Shown: positions 28,936-39,479 of the stretch, in pieces | How the letters are laid out: every line of letters begins with the position of its first letter | How positions within the stretch are numbered: position 1 is the stretch's first letter | NCBI GenBank assembly: GCA_965205975.1 | Contig: OZ242195.1 | Location: forward strand, 1,280,001 to 1,344,000 | DNA from: Candidatus Latescibacterota bacterium | Lineage (GTDB): Bacteria; Latescibacterota; UBA2968 | Direction: 5' to 3' | Length of the DNA: 64,000 bases | Position numbers and translations under genes: made by a program | Notes under the pieces: generated by a model | What the model was told of the DNA's origin: nothing | What the model saw: only the letters and a program-made list of their open reading frames with translations | The model's database searches: none

Positions 28936-29388
28936 CTATTCGAAACTTTCCAATGTCAGAATTAGATGCTCTGGAAAGTCAGGAGGTAAGTTTGTTCGAT
29001 ATCGTTTTTCGCTGGTCAACCAGATACAATCAAGTTTGTTTGCCAGGACGATATAAGTCGCATCGTAAAATCCGCGATTAAAGCGGGTTGCAAAATCCAA
29101 AATTGTTTGTCGATCTTGTACGCTCAAGTCACAAAACACAATTGGCAATTCAGAGAATGTTCGATACGCTTCTATTGCTTGATCTGTTTCGATACGCTGC
29201 CTACCACTGCGCTGTGCCCGGGTGATAATGTGACCTAATTCATACTCGAGAATATGCGGTGCATAAAAAACGATCTCTTTAGCTAAGAACCGAATGAGAA
29301 ACGTCTCTGCAATATCTACCACGTCTTCGTCGTTTAAGAACCACTTAGCAGCAACTGACGCATCTAAAACGTATCTTTCATTGATCAT
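28936..29388 (-). CDS. VapC-like PIN domain toxin
   Basis: YVLDASVAAKW, E, YDATYIVLA and WLTSE motifs. Confidence 0.85.
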   Translation of the reverse strand: MINERYVLDASVAAKWFLNDEDVVDIAETFLIRFLAKEIVFYAPHILEYELGHIITRAQRSGRQRIETDQAIEAYRTFSELPIVFCDLSVQDRQTILDFATRFNRGFYDATYIVLANKLDCIWLTSEKRYRTNLPPDFPEHLILTLESFE

Positions 29389-29539
29389 TTAACCGCCTTA
29401 AAATCGAACCAGAATTTACTACCACAGGACCAATAGCTTTGCGAATCTTTTTTATTCGATTAAATAAATTTTTTTCTGGTGCGTTCAGTTTGCGAATATC
29501 GCCTCGAATGAGTGGTCGTGTTGTCATCTGTTCAGGCAT
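29378..29539 (-). CDS. Putative 53-aa antitoxin (not in the ORF track)
   Basis: GGAG RBS; MPEQMTTRPLIRGDIRKLNAPEKNLFNRIKKIRKAIGPVVVNSGSILRRLNDQ* overlaps the toxin start. Confidence 0.6.
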   Translation of the reverse strand: MPEQMTTRPLIRGDIRKLNAPEKNLFNRIKKIRKAIGPVVVNSGSILRRLNDQ

Positions 29540-29624
29540 ATTTTTTCTCCTTTGTTTTTACTAATTTACGGACTTTCCAATTATTATTCAACCTGATTAA
29601 CGATTGCCTATAATTCTGCGGATG

Positions 29625-32159
29625 CTAAAATTTCGGTGACGGAAAATCCGGTAGTGGCGTATTTCGAAACGTTTCCCACTCTGTGTGAAGGTCGTTGAGC
29701 CAGGGAGGGAGAGTGTGGAGACGCGATTCGAGTTGGGCTTCGAAGAGCGATTCTGGTTCGACTGGGCTGCCGTTAGATTCAAGGACCTGAAGGGTGCTTT
29801 CATTAAAGGTGGCGGGGTCGCCGTGCAACCCAACGATAATGGGCTGTACAAAACGATCGCGTGCATCGCCGGGTTGCCAAAAATCGTAGTGCCTCAGAAT
29901 GCCTCGATGTTTGAAATTCCAGAGCACATAATGTTTGAGGTGATTGGGATAATTGGCGAGAGACGCGCCGCTGCCATACAAGATACCGCCATTGACGCGG
30001 TCGAGCAGGCTTGCATAGGGTTGAGCGCCATGGGCGTCAATGCGTTGATCTCGACGCATGTCATAACGCCAGTACACTGTTCCGGCAGAGCGACTGTTTG
30101 TGCCCGGTCCATGCCAGTGGCCTGCGAGATCTTCTGACAGCCCGACCCATACGCCATAACCGCCATCGCTGGCAATAGATGAATGGCCCAGATTTCCCGC
30201 CTGTGTGACGTGGTACACAGATAGGGCAGAACTCGAACTGATGCGAAGGGCGCGATTGCAATTGATGAAGGATGTGCGCCGTATCCAGGAATTGACGCAT
30301 CGGGTGAGCCGGAGCAAACTCCAGCCGCCATCGTGAATGGCGTCTTTGTGGTGGACAAAATCATCCAGCCAGGTGCCGTGAAAGCTGATGTCTTCAATGC
30401 CAATTTCCTCGAGGTGCTGATATTCGCGTACGGTCCAGTTATACGTATGGTTGACATCGGTGTGCAGAGGTTCACTGAGACGAATCCGATTGCCCTGTAT
30501 TTCGGCAATGCTGTGCTTTTCTCGCACTTGAATCCCATTGGTCAGCATGGTCGTCCAGATGGATTCTGCCGAGTAGGGTGCGAGAAATTCCGAGATGGCT
30601 GCGGTGCTGTTCATATAGAGCGTAATCCGTTGACCGGGAAAGAGTCTGGAAGCATCGGCTACTGTGATATAAAAGGTTTCTCGATCGGCACTTTCCGCAA
30701 TGGACGTCAGGGTTCTATCGCTTGTGTTGCGGGGTTGAAAAATGAACATATAGGGCGATGTCCACAGTTGTTCGGGATTGAGTGGCGGCATGTAGTTCAC
30801 CTGCCGGATGATTGTGCCTCCGCTCCGGCTGCCGCTTCCTCTGAGGATGATATTGCTGTTGCGGATGTAGATGGACTGGTTATTATCGGCGTTGGTATTG
30901 ACGAGAAATTCGCCTGGGGGGAAGAAGACAATTCCGCCGTTGTTTTGCTCGGCTGCGGTAATAGCGCGTACGATAGCTGCCTGGTCGGAGAGGCCATCGT
31001 TGGGGACAGCGCCGTAAGCTGTGACGTCGAATACGTCGTCCTGGATATGGGGAACAGGTTTGTCAAAGTAGTGATAGCCCGCGTAGGAAAAATCGGGTAA
31101 AATGGGTTCTGTAGCGTTCTCTTTGGCTGCTACAAACTGTGTCCAGGTGTGTGCGGGACCACTTTGAGGTAAGTAAGATATCCAACTGCTTCGCGTTTGG
31201 ATATAATCTGCAACCTGCGCCCAAATTGGGATGGGATGTGTGCTGGAGGGGTCGCGTGAGGTGAGGAGGGATTCGGGGATTGGCACCCGAATCCTGGTTA
31301 TTCCCGCTTCAATGGTCTGTGTCAACAGGGTCTGGGTTTCTGTTCCTACCGCGATACTTAATGGTTGTGTGGTGTGATTTTCAAATGCGATGGGTATGTA
31401 CCATTGCGTGCCGTCAGATCCGAATCCAGCGACGAAAGTGAGAAAATCCCCAAAACCGATTTGTCCGTCAGAATCGAGATCGTAGAGAGGGTCGTATTCT
31501 GAATTGGTCTGCGTTGCTCCAAATTTCTGGGCAAAAAGAAGAAAATCAGTAAAGCCAACGGCTCCGTTGCCATCAAAATCGAGATGGTCAATGGGGCTTT
31601 TTTCATGTAATGGCGCGTCAATTTGCCAGGAAAAGGTCTGATCGACTGTTGCAATATGGTCAATGAACAGGCGCACATTTGAACTTTGACTGGTTTCGGT
31701 TCTAAATGTGATGTATCGCTGGTTGTAATCGGGTTCTCTTCCCCAGTTATCGTATTGGGGTTTTGCCAGTTCTATAACTGCAAGTTGCCAGCCCTGGGGC
31801 GGTGTTTGTCCTGCCCAGATCGTATATACGGCTTCCATGCCGCCGACTAGGGGATAGTTGCGAACTTTGATTTTGAGGTCCCGCAGACCATCGCCTTCTA
31901 CTTTCCACCAGAAGCTCAGGCTGTGTCTTTGGGAGATGTCCTGACCTGTGCTAAAAAAATTGTAGGTAAAGAATCCCGTCTGACCTGCAGGCAGGGAAGC
32001 CGCGATGGCAAAGCGTCCCTCTGGCGCGTCTTTAGATAATTGTAAGCCACTGGACCAACCGGAGAGATTGTCGCAATAGGTCAGTGTTTGTACCGGATCG
32101 CTGGCAGAGCAAGTACAGGTCCACAGAAATACAATTGTGAAGGCGATGGTTGATCGCAT
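29625..32159 (-). CDS. Secreted multidomain protein: N-terminal beta domain, dockerin/EF-hand-like pair, beta-helix DUF4955-like putative polysaccharide lyase
   Basis: Signal peptide; DFDGNGAVGFTDF/DLDSDGQIGFGDF; LPDFSYAGY, YGAVPNDG, FFPPGEF, LRGSG, PNHL...LWNF and PESLFEAQL. Confidence 0.75.
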   Translation of the reverse strand: MRSTIAFTIVFLWTCTCSASDPVQTLTYCDNLSGWSSGLQLSKDAPEGRFAIAASLPAGQTGFFTYNFFSTGQDISQRHSLSFWWKVEGDGLRDLKIKVRNYPLVGGMEAVYTIWAGQTPPQGWQLAVIELAKPQYDNWGREPDYNQRYITFRTETSQSSNVRLFIDHIATVDQTFSWQIDAPLHEKSPIDHLDFDGNGAVGFTDFLLFAQKFGATQTNSEYDPLYDLDSDGQIGFGDFLTFVAGFGSDGTQWYIPIAFENHTTQPLSIAVGTETQTLLTQTIEAGITRIRVPIPESLLTSRDPSSTHPIPIWAQVADYIQTRSSWISYLPQSGPAHTWTQFVAAKENATEPILPDFSYAGYHYFDKPVPHIQDDVFDVTAYGAVPNDGLSDQAAIVRAITAAEQNNGGIVFFPPGEFLVNTNADNNQSIYIRNSNIILRGSGSRSGGTIIRQVNYMPPLNPEQLWTSPYMFIFQPRNTSDRTLTSIAESADRETFYITVADASRLFPGQRITLYMNSTAAISEFLAPYSAESIWTTMLTNGIQVREKHSIAEIQGNRIRLSEPLHTDVNHTYNWTVREYQHLEEIGIEDISFHGTWLDDFVHHKDAIHDGGWSLLRLTRCVNSWIRRTSFINCNRALRISSSSALSVYHVTQAGNLGHSSIASDGGYGVWVGLSEDLAGHWHGPGTNSRSAGTVYWRYDMRRDQRIDAHGAQPYASLLDRVNGGILYGSGASLANYPNHLKHYVLWNFKHRGILRHYDFWQPGDARDRFVQPIIVGLHGDPATFNESTLQVLESNGSPVEPESLFEAQLESRLHTLPPWLNDLHTEWETFRNTPLPDFPSPKF

Positions 32160-32276
32160 GGCGTTCTCCTGTGAAGTGCAAAAAAACAAGGGCTGGACAA
32201 GATGACCACAACACGCTATAATATAATAAGTGTCAAATGTCAATGATGTTTTTAACTCTTGATTAGGGATACGACC

Positions 32277-32513
32277 ATGGCAACCGTTGCAGAGACACAA
32301 GCGGAATTAAAGGGCCAGTTTGAACAGTTTTCACATCGGCAACAACGGGTTGAAACAGAGGTAGATAACACACGCAGCGAGTTGACACAAGCGATTAGGG
32401 ACTTGTCGAATAAGATGGACAGTAGTTTTTCATCCCTTCGGCAATTACTCGTCACATTGATTATAGCTGCCTGTGCGGTCATCGGGCTGGTGGTCACTCT
32501 GTTCGGTAAATGA
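32277..32513 (+). CDS. Small coiled-coil protein with a C-terminal TM helix
   Basis: Heptad-like polar N-terminus followed by LLVTLIIAACAVIGLVVTLF. Confidence 0.6.
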   Translation: MATVAETQAELKGQFEQFSHRQQRVETEVDNTRSELTQAIRDLSNKMDSSFSSLRQLLVTLIIAACAVIGLVVTLFGK

Positions 32514-32761
32514 TCGGTCGCGCCTTTTTTGTCACCTTTGTCCTTGTGCCGCTCGGTTCAAGGGCTTTTTCTTTGTTTAAATAATACTTTGGACTGACAA
32601 TTCATCACTGGCAATTTGACATGGTATGCCAAAAATGGTGCTCTGTCTGTGCCATATTATCAGGTTTAGAGACGCGCAGGACGCTGAGGAAATCGAGGAT
32701 ATAAATTTTAAAACATTTATTTACAATATGTTATTCAAATTTTTAAAAAAATAGAAAATTT

Positions 32762-32777
32762 TGGCACGGGGATTGCA
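32762..32777 (+). promoter_or_regulatory. Sigma-54 (-24/-12) promoter of hsp20-clpB
   Basis: TGGCACG-GGGA-TTGCA matches the TGGCACG-N4-TTGCW consensus exactly, 60 nt before the ATG. Confidence 0.8.
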
Positions 32778-32837
32778 ACTGAAATAGGGCGAGACAAGCA
32801 AGTAACAACCAACAACCATATAACAGGAGGTATTGAG

Positions 32838-33272
32838 ATGGCACTTATTCGTTGGCAACCCCGAGAGTCTCGCGGAATTCAGCGTGAGATTGATACCCTC
32901 GTGAACAAGTTCTGGGGCGACCCGCACACCTGGCACGGCACGGGATGGCATCCGAGTGTGGATGTGGCAGAATCGGAGAACGAATTTACTGTTTACGCCG
33001 AATTGCCCGGGCTGAACAAGGAAGATATCAAGGTGACGCTCGAAGACAACATGCTCACGATTGAAGGCGAGCGGAAGCGCACAGCAGAGAAGGAGAACGC
33101 ACAAGTCCACCGCAGTGAACGCTTCTACGGGACATTCAAACGAGCCTTCACACTGAGTTCCGAGATCGATGCTGAGAAGGTTTCGGCGGATTATAAGGAT
33201 GGGATTTTGACCCTCACTTTGCCCAAATCTGAAGCGGCGAAACCCCGCCAAATCGATGTTGCAGTATCGTAA
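32838..33272 (+). CDS. Hsp20/alpha-crystallin small heat shock protein
   Basis: PSVDV, AELPG, ERFYGTFKRAF and YKDGILTLTLPK motifs. Confidence 0.95.
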   Translation: MALIRWQPRESRGIQREIDTLVNKFWGDPHTWHGTGWHPSVDVAESENEFTVYAELPGLNKEDIKVTLEDNMLTIEGERKRTAEKENAQVHRSERFYGTFKRAFTLSSEIDAEKVSADYKDGILTLTLPKSEAAKPRQIDVAVS

Positions 33273-33294
33273 TTGAATGAGCTCGTTAATCGCC

Positions 33295-33328
33295 GGGCCA
33301 TCTCGCAAGGGCGGGATGGCCCTTTTTT
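33295..33328 (+). terminator. Intercistronic terminator hairpin between hsp20 and clpB
   Basis: GGGCCATCTCGC-AAGG-GCGGGATGGCCC-TTTTTT. Confidence 0.7.
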
Positions 33329-33342
33329 ATGGAAAAAACAAA

Positions 33343-35952
33343 ATGGATATGAACAAATTGACACAGAAATCGCAGGAGGCCGTGCAACAAGCCCAAGCTA
33401 TAGCACTGCGATATGGACATCAGGAGGTGGATGGCGAACACCTGCTCGCCAGCTTGCTCGCGCAGGATGGCGGCTTATTTCCCCGTATGCTTACGCGCAT
33501 GCAAGTGGATAGCGATGTTCTAAAATCGGAAGTTGAAAAAGAATTGGCGCGACAACCGAAAGTTTCTGGACCTGGCGTTGAACAGGACAAAATTTATGTG
33601 ACGCAACGTTTTCAAAAGCTGTTTCTGTCAGCTCAGGCCGAAACCGAAAAGCTGAAGGATGAGTATGTCTCAGTGGAGCATTTGTTATTGGCGCTGATTG
33701 GCGAGGGCGATGAGACTCCGGCGGGACGCATTTTGAAACAGTTTAATATTACGCGGGATAATATTCTATCTGTTTTAACGCAGATTCGCGGCAATCAGCG
33801 GGTGACGAGTGCCAACCCAGAGGTGGCGTATGAGGCACTTGAAAAATACGGTATCGACCTGGTTGCAGAGGCGCGTGCAGGCAAATTGGATCCCGTGATT
33901 GGGCGCGATGAGGAAATTCGCCGCGTGATTCGCATTTTGTCGCGCAAGACCAAGAATAATCCGGTGCTAATTGGTGAACCCGGTGTGGGCAAGACTGCGA
34001 TTATCGAAGGGCTGGCACAGCGGATTGTGCGGGGCGATGTGCCCGAATGGCTTAAAAATCGGTCGGTTTTTTCTCTGGATATGGGTGCATTGATGGCTGG
34101 CGCGAAATATCGGGGAGAATTTGAAGAGCGTTTGAAGGCTGTTTTGAATGAGATCAAGCAGAGCGACGGTCATATTTTGTTATTTATTGACGAGGTCCAC
34201 ACGATTGTGGGCGCGGGTAAGACGGAGGGATCTACAGATGCGGGCAATATGCTCAAGCCAATGCTGGCGCGGGGCGAATTGCACTGTATTGGAGCGACAA
34301 CGCTCGACGAACACCGCCAGTATCTCGAAAAAGACGCTGCTCTGGAGCGGCGCTTCCAACCCGTGATGGTCGATGCGCCATCTGTAGAGGATTCCATTTC
34401 GATTCTGCGAGGTTTGCGCGAGCGATTTGAGATTCACCACGGGGTGGGGATTCAGGATAATGCGCTGGTCAATGCCGTGGTGTTGTCAGATCGATATATT
34501 TCGGATCGATTTTTGCCCGATAAGGCGATTGATCTCGTAGATGAAGCGTGTGCAATGGTGCGGACAGAGATCGATTCCATGCCTTCGGAGCTGGATGCTG
34601 TGACCCGGCGCGTGATGCAGTTCGAGATTGAGGAAGCCGCGCTGAAGAAGGAAAAGGGCGAGTCGAGTTGGGAGCGGTTGCAGACACTCCAGAAAGAGTT
34701 AGCGAATTTGAGGAATCAGGCTGATGCGATGCGCGTGCAGTGGGAGAATGAAAAGCAGGAACTGGATGGGGTGCGAACTTTGCGAGAGAAGATTGAGCAG
34801 ACAAAACGCGAGATCGAAGAGGCAGAGCGGCGGTACGATCTCAACCGCGCCGCAGAATTGAAACACGGCACATTGCCCGATTTGGAACGGCAACTCAAAA
34901 CCGCCGAAGATTCTCAAATGATAGATAATCGGTTGTTGCGCGAAGAGGTGACTGAAGAGGAAATCGCCGAGATTGCATCGCGGTGGACGGGTATTCCGGT
35001 GACGCGATTGGTCGAGGGAGAGCGCGAGAAGTTGCTGCGATTGGACGATATTTTGCACGAGCGCGTCGTCGGGCAGGATGAGGCAGTTTCTCTGGTGGCC
35101 GATGCGGTGATTCGGGCGCGTGCGGGGATCAAGGATCCGCGTCGTCCCATCGGTTCGTTCATTTTTTTAGGCCCATCCGGCGTTGGCAAGACCGAACTCG
35201 CCCGCTCGCTATCAGAAGCACTTTTTGATAGCGAAGACAGTATGATTCGCATCGATATGAGCGAATATATGGAAAAACACGCGGTGTCGCGTTTGATTGG
35301 CGCGCCTCCAGGCTACATCGGTTACGACGAAGGCGGGCAGTTGACAGAAGCGGTGCGTCGCAAACCGTATTCGGTGATTTTGTTCGACGAAATTGAAAAG
35401 GCACACGGTGATGTTTTTAATATTTTGCTTCAGTTGCTGGACGATGGTCGCTTGACAGATGCACAGGGGCATGTCGTGGATTTTAAGAATACGGTGGTGA
35501 TTATGACATCAAATATCGGTTCTCCGTATTTGCTCGAGGGTGTGACCGATAATGGCGAAATCCGCGAATCTGCCCGCGATGCAGTGATGGCGGAATTGAG
35601 ACAGCAGTTCAGACCCGAGTTTCTCAATCGCGTAGATGATGTGGTGCTGTTTAAGCCGCTGTTGCTGTCGGAAATCACCAAAATTGTGGATTTGCTTATT
35701 GTGGATTTGCGTAACCGGTTGGCCGACAGACAGATTGATCTTACTCTTTCAGAGGACGCGAAGGGATTTATCGCCCAAAAAGGATTTGATCCAGTATTTG
35801 GTGCGCGGCCTCTCAAACGGTTTTTGCAGCACGAATTGGAGACGCGCATTGGGCGCGCGTTGATCAGTGGCGATATATCGGACGGCGCGCAGATTGAGGT
35901 GGATGTAGTGGGGGATGAGTTGATGGTTAAAGACGTGAAAGGTGGGGAGTAA
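33343..35952 (+). CDS. clpB: Chaperone ClpB
   Basis: Two AAA modules ([16 protein letters not shown]), [10 protein letters not shown] and a long coiled-coil middle domain. Confidence 0.97.
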   Translation: MDMNKLTQKSQEAVQQAQAIALRYGHQEVDGEHLLASLLAQDGGLFPRMLTRMQVDSDVLKSEVEKELARQPKVSGPGVEQDKIYVTQRFQKLFLSAQAETEKLKDEYVSVEHLLLALIGEGDETPAGRILKQFNITRDNILSVLTQIRGNQRVTSANPEVAYEALEKYGIDLVAEARAGKLDPVIGRDEEIRRVIRILSRKTKNNPVLIGEPGVGKTAIIEGLAQRIVRGDVPEWLKNRSVFSLDMGALMAGAKYRGEFEERLKAVLNEIKQSDGHILLFIDEVHTIVGAGKTEGSTDAGNMLKPMLARGELHCIGATTLDEHRQYLEKDAALERRFQPVMVDAPSVEDSISILRGLRERFEIHHGVGIQDNALVNAVVLSDRYISDRFLPDKAIDLVDEACAMVRTEIDSMPSELDAVTRRVMQFEIEEAALKKEKGESSWERLQTLQKELANLRNQADAMRVQWENEKQELDGVRTLREKIEQTKREIEEAERRYDLNRAAELKHGTLPDLERQLKTAEDSQMIDNRLLREEVTEEEIAEIASRWTGIPVTRLVEGEREKLLRLDDILHERVVGQDEAVSLVADAVIRARAGIKDPRRPIGSFIFLGPSGVGKTELARSLSEALFDSEDSMIRIDMSEYMEKHAVSRLIGAPPGYIGYDEGGQLTEAVRRKPYSVILFDEIEKAHGDVFNILLQLLDDGRLTDAQGHVVDFKNTVVIMTSNIGSPYLLEGVTDNGEIRESARDAVMAELRQQFRPEFLNRVDDVVLFKPLLLSEITKIVDLLIVDLRNRLADRQIDLTLSEDAKGFIAQKGFDPVFGARPLKRFLQHELETRIGRALISGDISDGAQIEVDVVGDELMVKDVKGGE

Positions 35953-35974
35953 GAAGGGAGAAGTATGCATGATT

Positions 35975-36020
35975 AAGCCCGGGTAAGCTTCTGGAGAAGT
36001 TTATCCGGGCTTTTGTTTTT
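35975..36020 (+). terminator. Rho-independent terminator after clpB
   Basis: AAGCCCGGGTAAGCTTCT...AGAAGTTTATCCGGGCTT followed by a T-rich run. Confidence 0.75.
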
Positions 36021-36126
36021 TCCATCGCTTTTTTCCCCTTTACTCATGTTATTCTGTGCTGTATCATTTGGAACCACTTCTGTTTTATCCTGTAATATCC
36101 TGATTCAGACATTTAAGGAGGCGTTC

Positions 36127-37167
36127 ATGGCAGAAAGAGTAAAAGTGGCCGCGCTGGGACTGGCGCACGATCATGTGTGGTCAAATTTGCGCGCGCTCAA
36201 AGCGCTGGATAACGCCGTGCTGGTGGCCGGTGCAGATGGCAATGCGGAGTTGCGAGAACAATTTGTCGAAGCGACTGGTTGTGAGTTGGTATATGATGAT
36301 TTTGAAGCGTTGCTGGACAATGAGGAGCCGGATGCGGTATTTGTGTTTACCCCGACAGCGCATCACGCCGATGTGGTGGAATTGTGTGCGCCGCGCGGGA
36401 TTCATGTGATGGTTGAAAAACCAATGGCGGCGACCTTAGAGCAAGCGGATCGCATGTTGACGGCTGCGCGAAAGGCGGGGACGGTGTTGATGGTCAATTG
36501 GCCGACGGCGTGGAATCGCGGCATCCGCACGGCTTATCGCCTGGTGCGAGAAGGTGCAATCGGTCAGGTGTGGCAACTGCTGTGGCGCGGTGGGCATTGC
36601 GGGCCGGATGAGTTGGGTTGTTCCGAGCATTTTTGCGATTTCCTATTTGATAGTCATCTCAATGGCGCGGGTGCTTTCAACGATTACGGGGGATATGGCG
36701 CGAGTTTGTGTGTGTTGTTTTTGGGGCGACCAAATCGTGTGGTGGGAATGGCGGGGCGGCTGTTGAAAACACATTTGCCCGTAGATGATAATGGGATGAT
36801 GATTTTGCGCTATCCAAATGCTCTGTGCCGGCTGGAGATGACCTGGACAGAAGCTGTGCCGAATAAGCCGCCGCACGATTTGATGTTGCACGGTACGGAG
36901 GGAACGATTATTGCGGGGAGTGATGTTGTTTTGTACACGCGCGGTAGTAAAGATGGCAAAACAATTGCGCCAGATGCATTGCCCGAAGGGGAAAATAATG
37001 CCTCCGAACATTTTATTCATTGTATTCAATCTGGCGCATCGCCCGGTTTTGTGACTTGTGCAGATTTGTCGCGCAATGCACAGGAAATTATGGAGGCAGG
37101 GCTTATTTCTGCGACCAATGGCATTGCCATGTCATTGCCCATCGAAGATCATTTGTTCAGGGAGTAG
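36127..37167 (+). CDS. Gfo/Idh/MocA oxidoreductase
   Basis: GLAHDH, HVMVEKPMA and GAGAFNDYGGY motifs; AAGGAGG RBS. Confidence 0.87.
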   Translation: MAERVKVAALGLAHDHVWSNLRALKALDNAVLVAGADGNAELREQFVEATGCELVYDDFEALLDNEEPDAVFVFTPTAHHADVVELCAPRGIHVMVEKPMAATLEQADRMLTAARKAGTVLMVNWPTAWNRGIRTAYRLVREGAIGQVWQLLWRGGHCGPDELGCSEHFCDFLFDSHLNGAGAFNDYGGYGASLCVLFLGRPNRVVGMAGRLLKTHLPVDDNGMMILRYPNALCRLEMTWTEAVPNKPPHDLMLHGTEGTIIAGSDVVLYTRGSKDGKTIAPDALPEGENNASEHFIHCIQSGASPGFVTCADLSRNAQEIMEAGLISATNGIAMSLPIEDHLFRE

Positions 37168-37170
37168 GGG

Positions 37171-39441
37171 ATGCGGTGGTTTATTCTCGTCGTATTTACT
37201 ATTGCTTTTGCAGGTCAAAGTGGGGCGCAAGAAGGTGCGATTAATCGGGACAGTCTCGCAGTTTTGCTGGCTGAAGTCCCGGTTGATACACTGGTCGCAA
37301 AACTGGGGGATTCTCTGTTTTCACCCCCAGAGGGTAAGGCGCGTATTTTGCGCGATACTTATGGCGTACCTCATATTTATGGGCGCACAGATGAGGATGT
37401 CGCGTTTGGTTTTGGCTACGCACAGGCAGAAGATCATCTTCTGCAGATGTTGAAGAATTTTCGTCAAGCCAGAGGGCGTTTGGCCGAGGTCGAAGGCGCT
37501 TCGGCCCTAAAATTAGATGAAATGGCTTTGCGATGGCGCATTCACAGTATTGCGGGTGAGCGGTATGGAGATATTTCTGAGGATACGCAGCACTATATCG
37601 CGGCTTTTGTTGGGGGCATCAACCACTATATTGAAATTCATCGACAGGCATTGCCGCAGTGGGTGCAGGATGTGCGGGCGGTAGATGTAGTGGCGCTTGC
37701 GCGGTGGATTTTGTTCTTGTTTGCCGAGCAGACCGGTGAATCTGAATTGGCCCAGGTGGGATTGATGACAACGGTTCCCAAATTGCCGGGATCCAATCTG
37801 TGGGTTGTGGGGGCGTCTCGGTCTGGCAGTGGCGCGCCCGTGCTGGCGATGGATGTGCAGTTGCCGTACACAACGCCCTTTCAGCTTTGCGAGGCGCATC
37901 TGGTTAGCAATGCGGGTTTAGATGTGATGGGGGCGACGTTTTTTGGATTGCCAATTATTTTTGTCGGTCACAATAATCACGTTGCCTGGTCAATAACCAC
38001 CAATGATATCGATGTTTTTGATTTGTACGAGGAGCGTCTGGATCCGATCAATCCCAGACGCTATTTTTATGGGGACGAGAAAAGGCGCGTGGTGTCGCGA
38101 CATGTGAAAATTGGCATACATAGCGAGCAGGGGATTCGGGAGGTTGAGCGCGAGTTGCGCTATACCGATCACGGTCCTGTGTACAAGACGATTGGCAATT
38201 GGGCTTATGCGGCGCGTACGAGTGTAGAAAATCGCGTGGATGCAATAGGGCAATTGCTGGGGATGAATCGCGCGGTGACACTGAACGATTTTCAGCAGGT
38301 GCTTTCGCTTTTAGAGTTGCCGGTTTTCAATGTGATATACGGCGATGTGACAGGCGAAATTTTTTATGTGTTTAATGGCCGCTGTCCCGTGCGATCAGAA
38401 GACTTTGATTGGCGCGCGCCCGTGCCGGGGTGGACGCCTGAAACAGAATGGAGAGGTGTGATCGCATTTTTCGAATTGCCACAAGTGCATAATCCCGATT
38501 CTGGCTCTTTGCAAAATTGTAATGTCTCGCCAGATGTGGTTGCGATTGATAGTGGTCTTAAAATGGACGATTTCCCATTGTTTTTGGGGTGGGGAACGCC
38601 CAATTATCGCGCACAGCGGGTTGTGAACTGGCTGCGCACACATCAAAATATCGCGGTCGGCGATATGCAGATTTTGCTGCGGGATGATTATCTCGTTGAC
38701 GCAGAAGAATATAAGGGACTGATTTTTCGCGCGTATAACCGCGCCTGGCCCGTGCTATACGATCCCAACTGGGAGGTCGGCAAGGCTGTTCACATTCTCA
38801 GGGCATGGGATAATCGGGCGAGTTTGGAGAGCGTTGGCACACTTTTGTTTTCGATTTGGAAGGCCCGATTCGATTCGTCGTTCGCACAGGTTCCGCAAAA
38901 GCGAGATATTTTGGTGCGGGAAAAGGTCGCACTGGAGGCATTGCAACAGGCGGTCGCATATATGACTGCGACTTATGGACGACTGGATGTGCCCTGGGGA
39001 CAGGTACATTATTTGAAGCGGGGAGATCGCACTTTCCCGATGAGCGGTGCGCCTTCTGGTACGGAGGCTTTGCGTCAGACGCTGACCCGAATAGAAGCAG
39101 ATGGTACAATGGTTATCGAAGGTGGATCGGCTTTTGGGATGGTGGTTTCGCTGATGCAGCCAGTGCAGTCGTGGAGTGCGCTGGCTTATGGGAATAGCGA
39201 AGATCCCGAGTCCCCCCATTATGACGATCAGGCCGATTTGCAACATCGCAATACATTTAAGAAGACGGTTTTTACAACTGGTAATTTACAACCTGTTCTG
39301 ACTGATCTTACAACGGTTCCTTACGACCCCGAAGAAGCAGAGCGTCAATCGCTGAAGGCCCTCTGGCGCAAGCAGTTGCAAACAGGTATGGTAACACCCG
39401 ATTCTACAAATACTGAGTCAAAAACCTTACCAGACGATTAA
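37171..39441 (+). CDS. Penicillin acylase family Ntn hydrolase, secreted
   Basis: Signal peptide, RDTYGVPHIY, GYAQAED, GSN catalytic Ser start, HGPV and SPHYDDQ. Confidence 0.9.
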   Translation: MRWFILVVFTIAFAGQSGAQEGAINRDSLAVLLAEVPVDTLVAKLGDSLFSPPEGKARILRDTYGVPHIYGRTDEDVAFGFGYAQAEDHLLQMLKNFRQARGRLAEVEGASALKLDEMALRWRIHSIAGERYGDISEDTQHYIAAFVGGINHYIEIHRQALPQWVQDVRAVDVVALARWILFLFAEQTGESELAQVGLMTTVPKLPGSNLWVVGASRSGSGAPVLAMDVQLPYTTPFQLCEAHLVSNAGLDVMGATFFGLPIIFVGHNNHVAWSITTNDIDVFDLYEERLDPINPRRYFYGDEKRRVVSRHVKIGIHSEQGIREVERELRYTDHGPVYKTIGNWAYAARTSVENRVDAIGQLLGMNRAVTLNDFQQVLSLLELPVFNVIYGDVTGEIFYVFNGRCPVRSEDFDWRAPVPGWTPETEWRGVIAFFELPQVHNPDSGSLQNCNVSPDVVAIDSGLKMDDFPLFLGWGTPNYRAQRVVNWLRTHQNIAVGDMQILLRDDYLVDAEEYKGLIFRAYNRAWPVLYDPNWEVGKAVHILRAWDNRASLESVGTLLFSIWKARFDSSFAQVPQKRDILVREKVALEALQQAVAYMTATYGRLDVPWGQVHYLKRGDRTFPMSGAPSGTEALRQTLTRIEADGTMVIEGGSAFGMVVSLMQPVQSWSALAYGNSEDPESPHYDDQADLQHRNTFKKTVFTTGNLQPVLTDLTTVPYDPEEAERQSLKALWRKQLQTGMVTPDSTNTESKTLPDD

Positions 39442-39479
39442 AAATTCCCGTATTTTGGGACATTGTATCAGGAGGTTTA

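Noticed and set aside
32580..32837. CIRCE/HrcA operator before hsp20
   Set aside because: No TTAGCACTC-N9-GAGTGCTAA; the TTGGCAC sequence fits sigma-54 instead
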